DNA of 64,000 bases from Stylophora pistillata (lineage: Eukaryota), in the NCBI RefSeq assembly GCF_002571385.2, contig NW_019217946.1, forward strand, positions 495,133 through 559,132. Direction: 5' to 3'. Of this stretch, positions 38,401-51,595 are shown piece after piece (position 1 is the stretch's first letter; each line of letters begins with the position of its first letter). The notes under the pieces are model-generated. The model was not told the origin of the DNA. It saw only the letters and a program-made list of their open reading frames with translations, and did no database searches. The position numbers were made by a program, and so were the translations under genes.

Positions 38401-41218
38401 CCTTTATTCTCCTCACCTTAATGTTTGATTCAGGAGTGATATTATAAGGGGAAATTAGATGCTTGCTGCTCTTTGGGGGTTAAAGGGTTAAAAGTCACCA
38501 GCTTTTTCTTATTTCACATTGGCCTCTTAACACAGCAAGTGTACATATATCATCAAGCACTTGCTATTTCGAATTTTTCATTTTACTTTCCGGTGAGGAG
38601 TAACCATATGTGCGTTAAAAACTCTGGAACTCCACTTGAAAGCCAGTTGGTGAAGCGTCCAAAAGGTTTTGGTGAAGTACGAGTTCTTTTTACGTCGAGG
38701 AAGGTAGATCAATATCATTAATAGCCTGATTTCGAATTTTTCATTTTACTTTCCGGTGAGGAGTAACCAGATGTACGTTAAAAACTCTGGAACTCCACTT
38801 TATAGCCAGTTGGTGAAGCGTCCAAAACGTATTGGTGAAGTTCGAGTTCCTTTTACGTCGAGGAAGGTAGATCAACGTCATTAAAAGCCTGAGCAGTCTA
38901 TATTTTTGTGTGTGCTTTGGAGCGTTAAAGGGACACTGTCAGGGGTTGACAAGCGCAGTAGCATTCACTCTCTCCGAGACTTGTCACGCTCGACCGCCAT
39001 TATGTAAATATCGGTGAGTTGAAGAATTCTGCATATATTTTGCATTTAAATCAAGTTTATCCAAAGCAAATGCTCAGGAAAGTGAATTTCTTTTACTGAG
39101 GAACCTTTTGTGATCTTTTGTAAATGTAAAAGTGCTTGTACAACGAAGCGCAAAGAAAATAGTTCTCGTGGGTGCCCGTACAAAGGGAGAAACGTGCTGT
39201 GTACAGATGAATGTAAATATGGAACAAGCAATAAACCTTGCAGAAACGGGGTATGAATATAAATTTCAATACATGCATATAAAGTTGTATACATTCACTT
39301 CTTTTGTGGCTTGAAGGTCCAAAAAGCGTACGAAATAATTTGTGTATTCCCTTTCTTCAGGATTCGAACGAGCAGTCGTCATCTGCCTATACTTATGAAA
39401 GCCGTAGAGTTCGCCTGAGGCTTACCTGCATTCCATTTATAATGTGTAGTAGAATAAACATCTGCCTTGCAATTGCTACAAATGTCTGTGATATCTGGCA
39501 TTATTTTATTTTCGTATCAGTAAAATCGCTGTCACTAAAAAACTCAACCTGCATCAAATTTTGCCTGCAGCCACAACTTAAATGTCTTTTGTTCCACATA
39601 AATACGCTTATAGTTTCTCAGCCACGCTTTCTTGTATTCCCCTCTGTCTTCAACCTTTCGTTTCCGCCCTGAGTTGATGCGTTTACCGCCATGTCCGCAT
39701 CCTCCGCTAGACGCCATTTTGAATTTGTGAATGCAACTTTAAAAAGTCAGGATGACTTTTTCAAGTTTCGATCAGCTACACGAGCATGTGCAGACCATGA
39801 CCGTGTCCCTTTAAACTGCCAAAGTGTTAAAATTTGTATAAATTCTCAAATGTCTTCCTCTCCGCTTCCCTTTTCATTAAATGACAAAAATGAATGTTTT
39901 GTTTGCAGTTTCGGCCGTCCCTACACAAGGATGTCACCCATCAGGTTCTAGTGCTGTTGAGAAAACTTGACAACTTAAGAGGCAACTGAACTGTTCACGC
40001 AAAGTCAAAATTTAGAAGTCAATGATGATATCACAAAAAAATTCAAAGAATGTTAAACGTGAAGTGTCCGGCAAATATTGCAAAGCTCTTATTTGAGACT
40101 GAAATTGGATTGCAGAATATTACATCGCGAGGAAACAACACGAGAACAAGAATTCTAATCTTATTTAGATCCTTCATGATCTGACTGAGGCTAAAATATT
40201 CGATTCCACGTATATTGCATTATCTTCATTTCATGCATCACATATTTTTTACTTCAATCGACTGTGCTCCCATTCACAAAGCATTTTCGAAAGATTTCAA
40301 GGTAAAAAGAACAGCAATATCTTCATACTTCATGCCACTAACAAACGAACATTCATGATTAAGTCGGTAAGGATATGACTCAGCGTCCAAACTTGTCCGT
40401 TGACTTAAAATATCACCCCAGACTGATGAATAAAGATGAACCACTCAATATTTCAAAATATCAACCAAATTGACAAACGTCCTTAGATATACTCAAAATA
40501 CCGAAAGGGTCGTACTTTACGAACAATATGGAAAAAGCTGATAAGAAGTTTGCATCATCAGACTTAGTTTACTGTACATTAAACGTCTGACTCTTAAACA
40601 GTTAAATTACTGGCGAGTGCTTGTTATATTGTGTCATCAAACTGACAACAGACTTCAACAACTAACAAGGAGATTTCAAAAAGTTTCAAAAGGGTTTATC
40701 GTGCAGAAATAGGGGGTGTTTTGATTCTAAAGGTCCTCGGGCAAATAACTATTTAGTTAGAAATCGAAATTGTTAGGAATTGAAATTTCTGAGCGGTATT
40801 AAGCAGGGATAGGTATTCAAGCACTCATTGTTATTGTGAGATGTTTTGATTATTATTGGCACGAACAACTAAATATTTATTATTTTATATTAGGAAACTT
40901 ACTTCTCATTTCAACACATTGGTCAGATTCGCGTTCGTTCAACTTTGTTTCCCTGGTGTCCAAGGAACCATTTTCTCCGTCATGGGCTTCTGTTTTTTGT
41001 CTCGGAAGCGAAGTTCTGCCGTCCTCTCGTGAATCAGTGTCATTGTTCAAGAGAGTTGCACCATCGAGTTTGGGAGCATGTCCAAGCTCGTCCTCGGTGC
41101 TGATTGTACAAATTGCTTCTTCTATTTGACTATCATCTTCCGACCGGGCATAAATGAATATTTCTTCAGGTGCTACGTTTGTCTTCCCGTTCCTTTCGTA
41201 AACCACCGTAAACCACAT
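35455..41218 (-). CDS. Gene B1: acidic N-terminal region + death domain + beta-rich linker + helical-bundle protein (~500 aa)
   Basis: Predicted exons: 41218-40903 (ends GAA ATG AGA A|gtaagt), 38088-37813 (death domain VGNFWRELAPKLGI...WKQKNGKGATAGLLSDALGSIGRKNIAERLL), 37366-37275, 37102-37013, 36493-35912, 35598-35455 (TAA). Phases are compatible. The start codon and the last exon are less certain. Confidence 0.7.
38279..38491. mobile_element. piggyBac-like MITE (~210 bp)
   Basis: Termini ttatccctttacacc ... gggttaaagggttaa (CCCTTT/AAAGGG with TTAA-like flanks). Confidence 0.65.
38566..38891. repeat. ~163-bp tandem duplication in a B1 intron
   Basis: atttcgaatttttcattttactttccggtgaggag...aaggtagatcaa..cattaa.agcctg occurs twice with few mismatches. 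Confidence 0.9.
38929..39810 (-). mobile_element. Kolobok-type non-autonomous DNA transposon with a residual ORF
   Basis: TTAA on both sides (38925-38928, 39811-39814) and TIR agggacactgtca / tgaccgtgtccct. Minus-strand remnant ORF from ~39717: MASSGGCGHGGKRINSGRKRK...RIYVEQKTFKLWLQAK. Confidence 0.7.
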
Positions 41219-41755
41219 CAGGTGAGTTTAAATGTTAGTGGTTTCTTAACGAGTTAAAGATATTTAACCTCAACCTAGAGGCAGCTAACGCGCAGCATAG
41301 TAATTTAACTTCCTTCCTGTGAGGGGGTTTGATCGAATCCCTTCAATGCAATGAATAAGGGAGTTGTATATCTTTATAACTTGATCTGGTTAGAGACAGA
41401 TCTTACTGAAAGTAACAACTAATCAAGATCCTGACCGGAAAAGGCCCCTTCACGCTGTGAACCGTCCGACTATAACTAATCCCTGTCAACCAATTACCCT
41501 TCAGTACTTTTTAAAACTTCCCCCTTTGACGTGTACAAGTGCAATGTCAATTAATTTTCAAACGTCTCTCAAACTGATTGTTATCATGTTAAGGAGCAAA
41601 TATCATATAGAATAGCACAATTTTGTATCCCCAGACCACTTCTAAGATCACCTTTCGTATTATTTTGTTCAGGAAATCATGATGAAATGGATAATTATAC
41701 CAAAACATGTTGATTAGTGTTTTATAGCATACCTATCTCTTTCATGTAAACAATA

Positions 41756-42313
41756 GCTGTGGTTACACTCACCTCCTTCCCGAGCTAACCCTGTGGGTAA
41801 TAACCTTGGGTTGGGATGTGTTTGGATTTCCGGTCAGGTTTAATCCTCCGTTTACATTGCAAACAATTACCCGAGGTCATCTTTTGACCTAACACAGTTT
41901 GGCGGGAAATTAGTTCATCATGGAGATCGCAAACCGCGAAACTTATGGTTTTTATTGGAGTATTCAGAGCAAAAACGAGTAAAATATACTTAATGTGAAC
42001 CTCGAAAGTTGGCCATGTCTGATGCCGCGTGTCTTGAATTTGGTACTTGCGAGGATTTGCCGCGATTTCAGCGCAACACCACAAAAATGCCCAGCATGTG
42101 CTGCGGTTACCGGATTTACTATTTTCTTCCATCCGACTGGTTGAACTACTCTTGTGGTTAGATAAACCACTGCTAAACGCTACGACTTGGTTCGGGAAAG
42201 GTCATGGGTAATTCTTTTGTTTTCTTTTTATGTATCCATAGCGATTTCCCCTGGGCAGTTTCACTGTGGCAATAGAGGTCACACAAAACACAGCCTTCCC
42301 GTGTAACCCCAAC
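41756..42313. mobile_element. MITE with short imperfect TIRs
   Basis: gctgtggttacac ... gtgtaaccccaac (11/13 match). Absent from the homologous region upstream of B2 (~51633). Confidence 0.45.
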
Positions 42314-43897
42314 AAACCCTTGAAAGAAATAAACGGTAAAAATTTCAAGTCAATCAGTTAAGTACCATATGAGATATGTTCTCTAGAATGCGCAAAAAGC
42401 ATTTTCTGTGAAAAGAGGTATCCGAGTTAAAAAGCTGAATAGACGATTGTCTCCCCAAAGTTTTATGGCCACAAAGTGGTTGAAACATTTGCAATGTTTA
42501 TTTCAGTCACCTAGAAGGCTCCAGCTTCATAAGTTGTGCCCTCAGCCTCCCGTAGGGCTTCTTCTCTGCTTGTTCGCATCATTTGAAATCCTTGCCTCAT
42601 TTCTTCTTTGGCTTCAGAGGCTCAAGTATGGTATGAACTTGTTTATAATAGGCAGGTAGTGATAAACATGGCATGTTCATAATGCTACAAAATGATACCA
42701 AACCTTCATAACCACCTCCTGTCTCCAAGAAATGATAGACAGCACTCCTGTTGATATCAAAAGATTGTCCTCTCTTGGTTATCCTGGCTGATGTTTCTAG
42801 TGGTGTAGCTTCAAGGCAGAAGCTACATTCCAAAGAGGGGTCTGCCAGAAGCCCATTTCTCCCAGAAAAATTTTCTTCGACAGTTAAACAACCTAGAATA
42901 TGATGATGGTGTAGAATAAGGTTAAATCATGTGTATTTTTACATTTGCAAACAATAATTTTATTCAGCACACACCACAACAAACTTGAGTTACAACTGTA
43001 ATTTATGATGATGATTCTAAAGAGTACAAAGGATAACAATCAAGGGAAGACTATATTCAAGAGAAACAAAATAATCGTAAAAATAATAAATAAAAAACTT
43101 TCAATATGTGCTACCTGATATGAACAGTGATGAATAAAGAAATGGTTAGGAGCAGAAAAATGAACTCTCGTAATATTTTCTCACCTTCTTTGCACACATG
43201 TGCTTCAGACAATGCGGCAGATAATTTCTTCAGATCAACAAGCCTGTATCCCTCTCCCTGAAAATTTTTCTCATCATCAACACTCTCCGATGAAATGTCC
43301 GAAGCGTCTTCTCGCCTCATTTTCTGTCTCGAAGCACAAATTGTTTGATCACACTCCGCATCAGTTGGTGTCTGATCACACAAGGAACTCTGAGTAGGAT
43401 CGCCGATTTCTCCATCCACATGTGGCGTTTCTTTCGCTATTTTCCCGTATCTCTGAGCTCCAGTAAAAGCTTTCCCTTTCCTTTTTTTTCTGTATACAGT
43501 ATTCTTTTTACCTCCGGGCATTTCACACAAAACCTTCACTGATATATTAACCCTCAAACTTGCTCTCTCTTGATGCCATCAATCATGCTTCTTTTGATCC
43601 CATAAAGCTTCAGAGAAATGTACTGTTGTGTAAATGATCATATAACGTCCTCTTATAATTCCTTCACAAATTATAGGAATTGGATTTGGAGTACAACGGA
43701 AAAATGCTACTTTGCGTTGGCATGCTAACAATAATTTTTTTAACTAGTCCACAGAAAACGTTTCGCAAACACTAGAACACATCAATTAGGATCGTAAAAC
43801 ACTTGTCATGACTTTCCTCAATGCCTAAAGCTTCAGATTTTTGAAAAAAACAAAAATTGCATTTTGGAGTCGAAATTTAGGTTAAGTCCCGCCTTAA
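42314..43897 (-). mobile_element. Truncated Kolobok / 'Mutator-like' DNA transposon with the 5' part of a transposase gene
   Basis: Exon 43521-43185 (MPGGKKNTVYRKKRKGK...HVCKE) splices to 42892 onward (GCLTVEENFSGRNGL..ECSFC..SFDINRSAVYHFLETGGGYEGLVSFCSIMNMPC..YYKQ) and is then truncated. The terminus is gtcccgcc-TTAA at 43897. Absent from the B2 unit. Confidence 0.7.
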
Positions 43898-45613
43898 TTG
43901 CATATTACCCATTTTATAAATCTTTAACCCTTCAACTAGGAAAAAAACCCATGTACAGTAATAAGAACATTCCCGTTCTCAGACCCCCATCAGCTTACTC
44001 GGCCGGCAGTGCCTCTTCACTAATTTATGATAAATTGAAGGGCTCTAGTGATAAACACAAAAGTAACCTTTTTCCATATTCGTCAACTTCAGAAAAGTTA
44101 AATCTAAACAAGCAAGGAAATCAACAATCGAATATGAAAGTGGCGTCAAAGACGTGATAAAAAATATTTAGTGTGTGAGCTAATATTTTTTGTACAGAGG
44201 CAGGTTACCAGGTTACTTCTACATGTCAAAATTAGCGAAGATCACACATTCAAAGATTAAACGCGTAAGTTTTTTCGTCTCCAAGTCTATCTCGATTTTA
44301 TTTCTGGTAATAGCGTGAACTTCAATAAGAAATTGTTGTTAAAAAAAATCAGATTTCTGTTGATTATTGAGGTGTAATAATATGTAGTCGGGATGAGGTG
44401 AGAACCCGAACAATTTTATTTTTTCACTTTAAGGGCACGAAAAATTTTAAATTCATACGCATACCTACGTACGTGAACTTTATTGCGCCGGAAGAGAGTA
44501 TTTGGCCAACAAAGTTAGTTGGAGAAACTTGTAACGGAATTAAAGTATAACTGATGATCATGAATGCAAGAAATAGCAATCACCATTTAAGTTTAGAAGG
44601 GTTCTATCTTTATGTTTTGGGAATAGTCAAACACTCCCATAATCTAAAAAAAATACTGAAAGCTGATCAGCTAAATAGTTTGTCGTGTGCTTACGAATTT
44701 TTGTTCATGTTCGACTTCAGGTAGTTACAACTATGCCAGAAAGGCTAATTCACCTTTATAACAAGGCGAACAAGTAATTGCTTCTGTCAGTTAGTGATAG
44801 TCTTATTTTTTTAACATTATATATTTCAAATGAACATATGGTCTTCTAAATCTTCTCGTAATCAAGCGTCAATAAAATGAGTGATAAACAATATTAAAGT
44901 TGTTCTTGTGCCCCTTTCAATATCTTTCGCAACAGGGCTTCCATATAAGAGGTTATTCGAATCAATTTCAATTTTTTTTAATTATTATTATTATTATTAT
45001 TTTAAATAATGCCAGTCTATGAGTTCTTTTGTGTTATCTCTTCCTCCCGAATCCTTGGTTTAATGTTCTTTATCGCTGGAAGGTTTTGAGATCGAGAGAA
45101 GGAAGCAAGATTTTTTGTCTCCCGATCGCAGCCTCAACAAGAGGTTCTTGAACCATGAGGAAAAGAAAATAAAGAAAAAAATAGTTTTATTAGTTGTGTT
45201 GGCATTCTTGCTGTTTTCTTATGGAGATACTTCTATCATAGTACAACCAAGAAAATATAGAAGATGAAGGAAAAGAACAGTGAAGAACACAACTGTATAT
45301 GGATTACCACAAGGCTTTAAAAATACTTTTAAAATCTAATAGTATTATTCCAACGCAAAAGTTAAGCTGTATATGAATTCCGTACTTACGGTTGCCTTCC
45401 AGAGCTGAATGTTTAGCATTTCATTTTGGTGTCTAAGGTCAATAATTAATCATTCGTGTTCATGATAAATGCAATTTTCTTCCCGACACTGCGGGCCAAG
45501 TTTACGTTGTTGGGTCACAGAAAAGTTCTGTTCGTGTTTGAACTTAAAAACCTTTAACTTTTTTCTAACGTTCTTAGCATGATGGAGGTATTTCAAACAC
45601 GAGTACATCATAC

Positions 45614-45848
45614 CTTTGTTTTAGTCTCTTTTGGAAGGTCACATTCTGAAGAACGTCGGGAACTCTACGAAACAAAAATATAATTAAATCTAAACATAAA
45701 CTTTAAGCCTCTGTCCTGAAAACAGACGACAAAAGCAATATGACAACTTTAACCAGATTCGAACAAAGATATTGAGCGCATTGTAATGGCTCATATTTGC
45801 TATGATGCCGGCTTACCCAGTTACGTAACATCAACAGAATGAATAAGA

Positions 45849-45889
<41 letters not shown>

Positions 45890-48800
45890 GGTAACAAGGT
45901 AATTTGGTAATACCAACTAAGATGAAATTGTAAATTGGCCACCGTAATGAGTTAAAAAGCTGACGTTTCGAGCTTTAGCCCTAAAGTAACTGTTTCGTGA
46001 TTTTCCTCCACTGAGTTTTTTAAAATTCAATTACAAATTGCATTTAATATTAAGTAATTAAAGTGACAAAATGTTAGTCCATTGAAATTACCAGCCTCTG
46101 TTTATCACTCAGCCTTCTCTCCATTTTCCCTTGATAAAGCAGTCCTGACAGAAGCTTTTCAACTTCCTTGAATTGCACCTCATGTTGCGTTTTCCATTTT
46201 TGTAATTCTTCAATTCGATCCCCGTGTTTCTCGTCCGAGAGTTGGTTTTGAGTACATACCAATTCGATTTTCAAGAAAAGTGCTATTTCTTCTCGCAGGA
46301 GTTCCTTAGTATATTCCAAAAGTTGTTGAATACATTTTACATTATCTTCACTTTGTTGCGCAACCTCGGCAGTCACTTTGATGAGACCTTCAAACATCTT
46401 CTGAAAAAAGTTGCGATGTTCTTCACATGTTTGTAGCAATTTATCCACGCTTTCATCGTTTGATGGATCCACCTCTTAATTTAATGAGCTGCTTAATGGC
46501 TCTATTTTTTTCTTGGAGGTATCTTGAGTCCCATTTGCTGTATCAACATTTCCACAAGCCAGTTGCCCTTCCTTCATCTGGAACCTCAGGTCCTGAAGCT
46601 CTGATGAAATATAACGCTTTAGGCTTTCCTGTCTCGCCACAACAACAGTTTCTAAGAATCTTTTGCTTATAATTGTCTGTCAAAACAATTGAAATGAAAC
46701 TGGGTGAGACACTTAATCCAAAATATAACATCATTTTCGAGGACGTACCCCGAATCACAGAGTGAATTTTTTCTAAACATCCTAATTGGATTAAAGGGAT
46801 AANNNNNNNNNNNAGCACCGGATTTGATAATCAACTTTTGTAAAAGTCAAGGTCAGCAACTGCGACTCTCTGCTCATTGACCAAACCTTAAAATCTAGAC
46901 TTTATAGAGCTTTTCCTCTGAGCCATTCGCTCGCGGAAGTGAACTCTTCACCTTTAAACACCTCCATATCAGTGGAAAACACTTGTTTTCCACTAGAAAG
47001 AGTTGACACTTCGAATTCCCGTTCTAATGTCCTACCTAAGCCAGGCAAAGTTCAAATTCCCCACCTCAATCAGAAAAAAGGAAATAATGATCTCAGAGCC
47101 AAGTAAAAACAAGTAAACCTCCCGAGGCATTAGAAAACGCAAGTAAATACGTCACGACTCGTAGGTTGGCTTTAAGTTTTCAATTTGATGGGGTAAGTGA
47201 GTGATGCTTGTTTCCTGGGCCAACCAGAGATGAAAGGATGCTCAATTGAAAGGTTGCGCCTATCAATTGCCCTATCAAAACCTTATAAGCGTAAAGTGAT
47301 AACTGATAAGCGCTCCCTCATTAATCGGTAGTACTAGTTGCTTAGAGATGAGTTAAATATTTTATATTCGCACGTGATATCAAGAAATGTAGCAGCCTCC
47401 GCCAGACGCTCAAGGGAGGAGGATTTTGGAAGAAATATCCCAATCCGACAAGGAAACCACGAAAATCTCCACAATTGCGTAATACGCCAACAATGTCATT
47501 GTTTTCTAAGACTTCGTCGTGAAGTGATTCATCCAGCTCTACATTGAAAACATTTTAGCAACTATCTACACAGAACACTCACCCATATATAAAAGATACC
47601 TACTCACCGAGCAGCTTCTCTGCGATGCATTTTTTTCCAATGCTTTCTAAAGCATCCGCCAGACGCCCTGCCACTGCACTTCGCCCTTCTTTCTGTTTCC
47701 ACATGAGGAGGAGATTGTTCGCTTTGTCGCGACTACAGCGATAATCGTCGTCCAGGTTTTGGATCTTTGCTGCAGAGATATCAAGCTTTGGTCCCAACTC
47801 ACGCCAGCAAGTACCCACGTCATCACTTATGTCTGAAAGCTGCAGTTCTGATACCACAGACGCCCACGGGTCGATAACGTTTGCTGTGTGCGGCACAAAG
47901 GGTTATTAGATTCTTACCATATGTTGATGTTTTAGTGGCATGTAATTTAAACATTGGATTGCATGAGGTTTTACAGTCTTCTTGCCCTGGAGTAAAAAAA
48001 CTTACCGGGTTTTAATTGGACAATAATAACTTATAGGGGTTAAAATTCTGTTTAGTACTTCAGTTTGATATTTAATTCTAAACTGCCAGACACGTAAGTG
48101 AGAGGTTATGCCTGAGTTACGATGCATTAGGACTTGGTTAGTAATTTATGCATTGAAATTAATTTTAAGTCTTCTTTGCATCGTCACACCACTCAACTAT
48201 TAATTCATTTCAAAATTGCTGTTACTGAAAAAATTAGACTAAGTTATTCAATTTAGATATTTCTGATTATTGTAGCAGCCTCATCAATATTATTTATGTC
48301 AACGTTTTTTTTCATACATCTTTAATTGTTCTCTGAATATTGCTTAAGATCTTTCAAACGTCACGTATCTCCTTAGTTATATTTATAACAAGATCTCGCA
48401 AGTGCCATAGTCAACCACCGAAGCTTGACACAATATGCAGCAAACATAATGGCTATGTCGCAACGTCATTCGGCAAAAATACACCCTAATTTAACTCACT
48501 TTTTCCAAAATCCCCGGATGAAGCCTTCAAAAAACGACCGAAAATCTTTCGTTCACTATAAAAGCAAAAAGTTTACTTTATGACAATAGCGGCTTCATAG
48601 CGACAGGTACAATTTTAATTTCCTGTTTGTAGTTCGTCGAAAACATCATGCCAAAACTCTCATATGTCTGTCTAATACATAATCATAATATTGGAGTTTC
48701 TGCTTTGCAGGCAATCGAAGGGTTACCAGAAAACATAAGTCAGCTTTCTATTTATTCACACGAAGTTGGAATCAACAAATTTGAAAACATTCTGAGCCGG

Positions 48801-50779
48801 GTACAAAAGCTTTATGATCTTATCTGCTGTTTATTGTCAAGCTAATATTTTTGGTGCCATCGACGTCATTATCTCCTCATCGAGATTCTGTTCTTTACAC
48901 ATTGATTAAAAATTCTAACCAGTGCTGCTTCAATCCTGACCTTAACTTGAGAAGGGGGCAGTATGATAAACCCTGTAATGAAAAAAAAAACTCAGAACGA
49001 AGCCGATGCGACTTAGTTACTCTCCAGTCTAGTTCCGTTCTCTTCAGTTATCTTTCTCACAATAAAATCAATATAGCGGAACCTATCTTACCCCGGTGCA
49101 TTGTAAATATCACTGTGAATCAACGCACAAATGCAGCAATATGGCATACAAACCGCACATAGACAACTAAACTAACATCACAGGATATATGTAAAGCCTG
49201 CAGGTTAACTACAAGACCCGTTATATGTCAATTGAAGTAACAGATTATCATTCACAAAGACTGTTCCCAAAATTTATAAGTTTATAAGTTTTATTTATAA
49301 ATTAAAATTATATGATCAAGCTTTCGACCTATAAAGGAAAACCTGAAATTATTGCTTTTCAAAACAAAAGGATGACATTTTAAAATTGAACTCAAGTTCT
49401 ATTATGACAAGCTACCGAGACTGAACTAAACTAAATAGCCATATATATATTTACCACGAGCATATAATATTCATAAAAGCTTACTTCTAATTTCAATACC
49501 ATGCTCAGCTTCTCTTTCGTTTGTCGCAGCCAATGCAGGTGTCTGCGTTTCCTCTGTAGCCATAGGACTTGCTTCTCTTTTATCTACCTCTATTTTTTAC
49601 TTAATAACACTATCCTTTCCCTCTGTGATTTGATCAAAGCGTCACTGTTGACCAGAGGGCCATTTTCGACAACATTTTCAGCCACATCTTATCATGATTA
49701 AAGAAATATTATTCAAGTTTTTAGCTGAACATGCCTTCTCGTTCGTTCACTTCGACATCTGACGCTACTCAGATCCTTTGATATTGACAGAGCTGGCACT
49801 TTTCACCTTTGTACCAGTAAATACAACGAAGTGTAGAAGATTGTTTCGATTCGCCCCGCGTAATTATAAAACACGGAAATGCTACGTCTTATGATGACAA
49901 GGGAAAAAAAAAACCCAGTCTAAATATAACGACTGTGAGCTACCGGGGTCGTTCCGGATGGTTGCAGGTCCAGACGCAGTCAACTCAGAATATTCCGGAT
50001 CATTCACGAACATTCTAGGTCCCTGCTTAGTATCAACGATCCAGCTTTGGATGTATGTAAACTCTTTTCATGTTCACACAGGCCAATTTTTTTTTCCTTT
50101 CAAACAATCATCTATCAGATTCATACTAGACCTATTGTAACATTAAAAGTCTGACTGTTAAACACTTCAAATGACTGGCGAGTGCTTGTCACATTGTGTC
50201 ATCAAACTGATAACAGACTTCATTAACCAACAATGAGATTTCAAAAGCGTTTATCGTGCAAAAATAGCGGGTGTTTAGATTCTCAAAGTAATCGGGAAAC
50301 TCATAACTATTTAATTGGTAATTGAAATTGTTTGGAGTTGGAATTAGGGTGCGGTATTAAGCAAGAGTTAATAGGTATCAAAGCATCCATTGCCTGTTTT
50401 GACATCTTTTGATTATCATAAGCACGAACAACTTAATAGTTATTACTTGTATTATGATACTTACTTCTCATTTCATCACATTTTTCAGATTCACGTTTGA
50501 TCAGCTTTGTTTCCTTCAGGTCCAAGGAACCATTTTCTCCATCATGGGCTCCCGTTTTTGTCTCGGAAGTGAAGTTCTGCTTTCCCCCCATGAATCAGTG
50601 CCATTATTCAAGAGAGTCGCATTATCAAGCTCGGGAACATGTCCAAGCTCGCCGTCGGAGCTGACTGTGCAAATTTCTTCCTCTCTCTGAGCAGTATCTT
50701 CCGACCGAGCGTAAATGCAAATTTCTTTGGGTGCTTCGGTTGTCTCCCCGTTCATTTCGTAAACCACCGTAAATCACAT
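45614..50779 (-). pseudogene. Gene B2: disrupted paralog of B1/B3 with an intact death-domain exon
   Basis: The 5' exon ~50779-50464 has TGG>TGA at codon 2 and a 1-nt deletion in an A-run versus B1. The death-domain exon 47883-47608 is open. The large exon 46676-46092 has an in-frame TAA at 46478-46476 (GAG in B3). A small exon lies at 45664-45614. The two linker exons are not visible; their expected position coincides with the 11-N gap. Confidence 0.65.
45841..45982 (-). mobile_element. Penelope-type terminal-repeat fragment with a truncated hammerhead
   Basis: B2-specific sequence. Minus strand begins agggctaaagctcGAAAcgtcagc, i.e. stem II, GAAA and GUC, but the CUGANGA box is missing. Confidence 0.6.
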
Positions 50780-51210
50780 CAGTTGAGCTTAATAACTGTT
50801 GGTGGTTTCTTATGGAGTTCAGGGTATTCATCCTCAAATTAAAGGCAGCAAACGTGCAACATATTAATTTAATTTCCTCACTCTGAGGAGATTTTGATCG
50901 AACCACTTCAATGCAAGAAAGAAGGGAGTTATATATCTTTAAGACACGATCTGATTACAAACAGATCTTACTTTTCCTATCGGAAAAGGCTCTTCACACG
51001 GAGATATTCCGTTAGACGGCCATAACTAGTCCCAGTCAGCCAATCATCATTCAGTACTTTTTCAAACATTTTACTATCAACATTTTTAAGTGCACTTGAA
51101 TGTCATTTTACCTTTAATTTACGTCTCTCAAACATCATATAGCGGCACGGCGAAATTTTGAATTCAGAAGAATTCTAAGATCGCCTTTGGTATTATTTTT
51201 CTTATTATTT

Positions 51211-51595
51211 AACAAATGGTAAACGCCACAGCGTACACTATTGAGTTATGGATGCACGCGGGAGGTTGCTAAGCACGAAAGAAGCGTAAGAGTCGCTCGA
51301 GGCGATAGCCGAGAGCGACATCTAGCTTCTTGAGTGCTAAGCAAACCTCCCAAACGCATCCATAACTCAATAGTGTACGTTGTGGAGTTAACCAATTGTT
51401 TTATAACATAACATTGATACATTGTAGCTAAAGAGTTCCCTTTCATTTAACAAATCTTACGTGACCAGAAAAAACAAGCGCACGCGGAAAAATAGTCTTT
51501 GCATTTGCTCACGTCAGCTGCATACACCCATGGGCAAATGGGGGACGCTAAATTGACCAATCAGTGCGCGCGCTTTACTATGGTTATGTTATAAT
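51211..51595. mobile_element. Fold-back element with a 190-bp hairpin (51211-51400)
   Basis: Arms aacaaatggtaaacgccacagcgtacactattgagttatggatgc / gcatccataactcaatagtgtacgttgtggagttaaccaattgtt. Absent from the homologous B1-upstream region. Confidence 0.75.

Noticed and set aside
44830-45435. Further coding exons of B2/B3 (conserved with 52430-52850 and 54465-54510)
   Set aside because: The phase-0 continuation gives TPK* or TSK* immediately and other frames are not consistently open. Probably 3' UTR; unresolved without cDNA.
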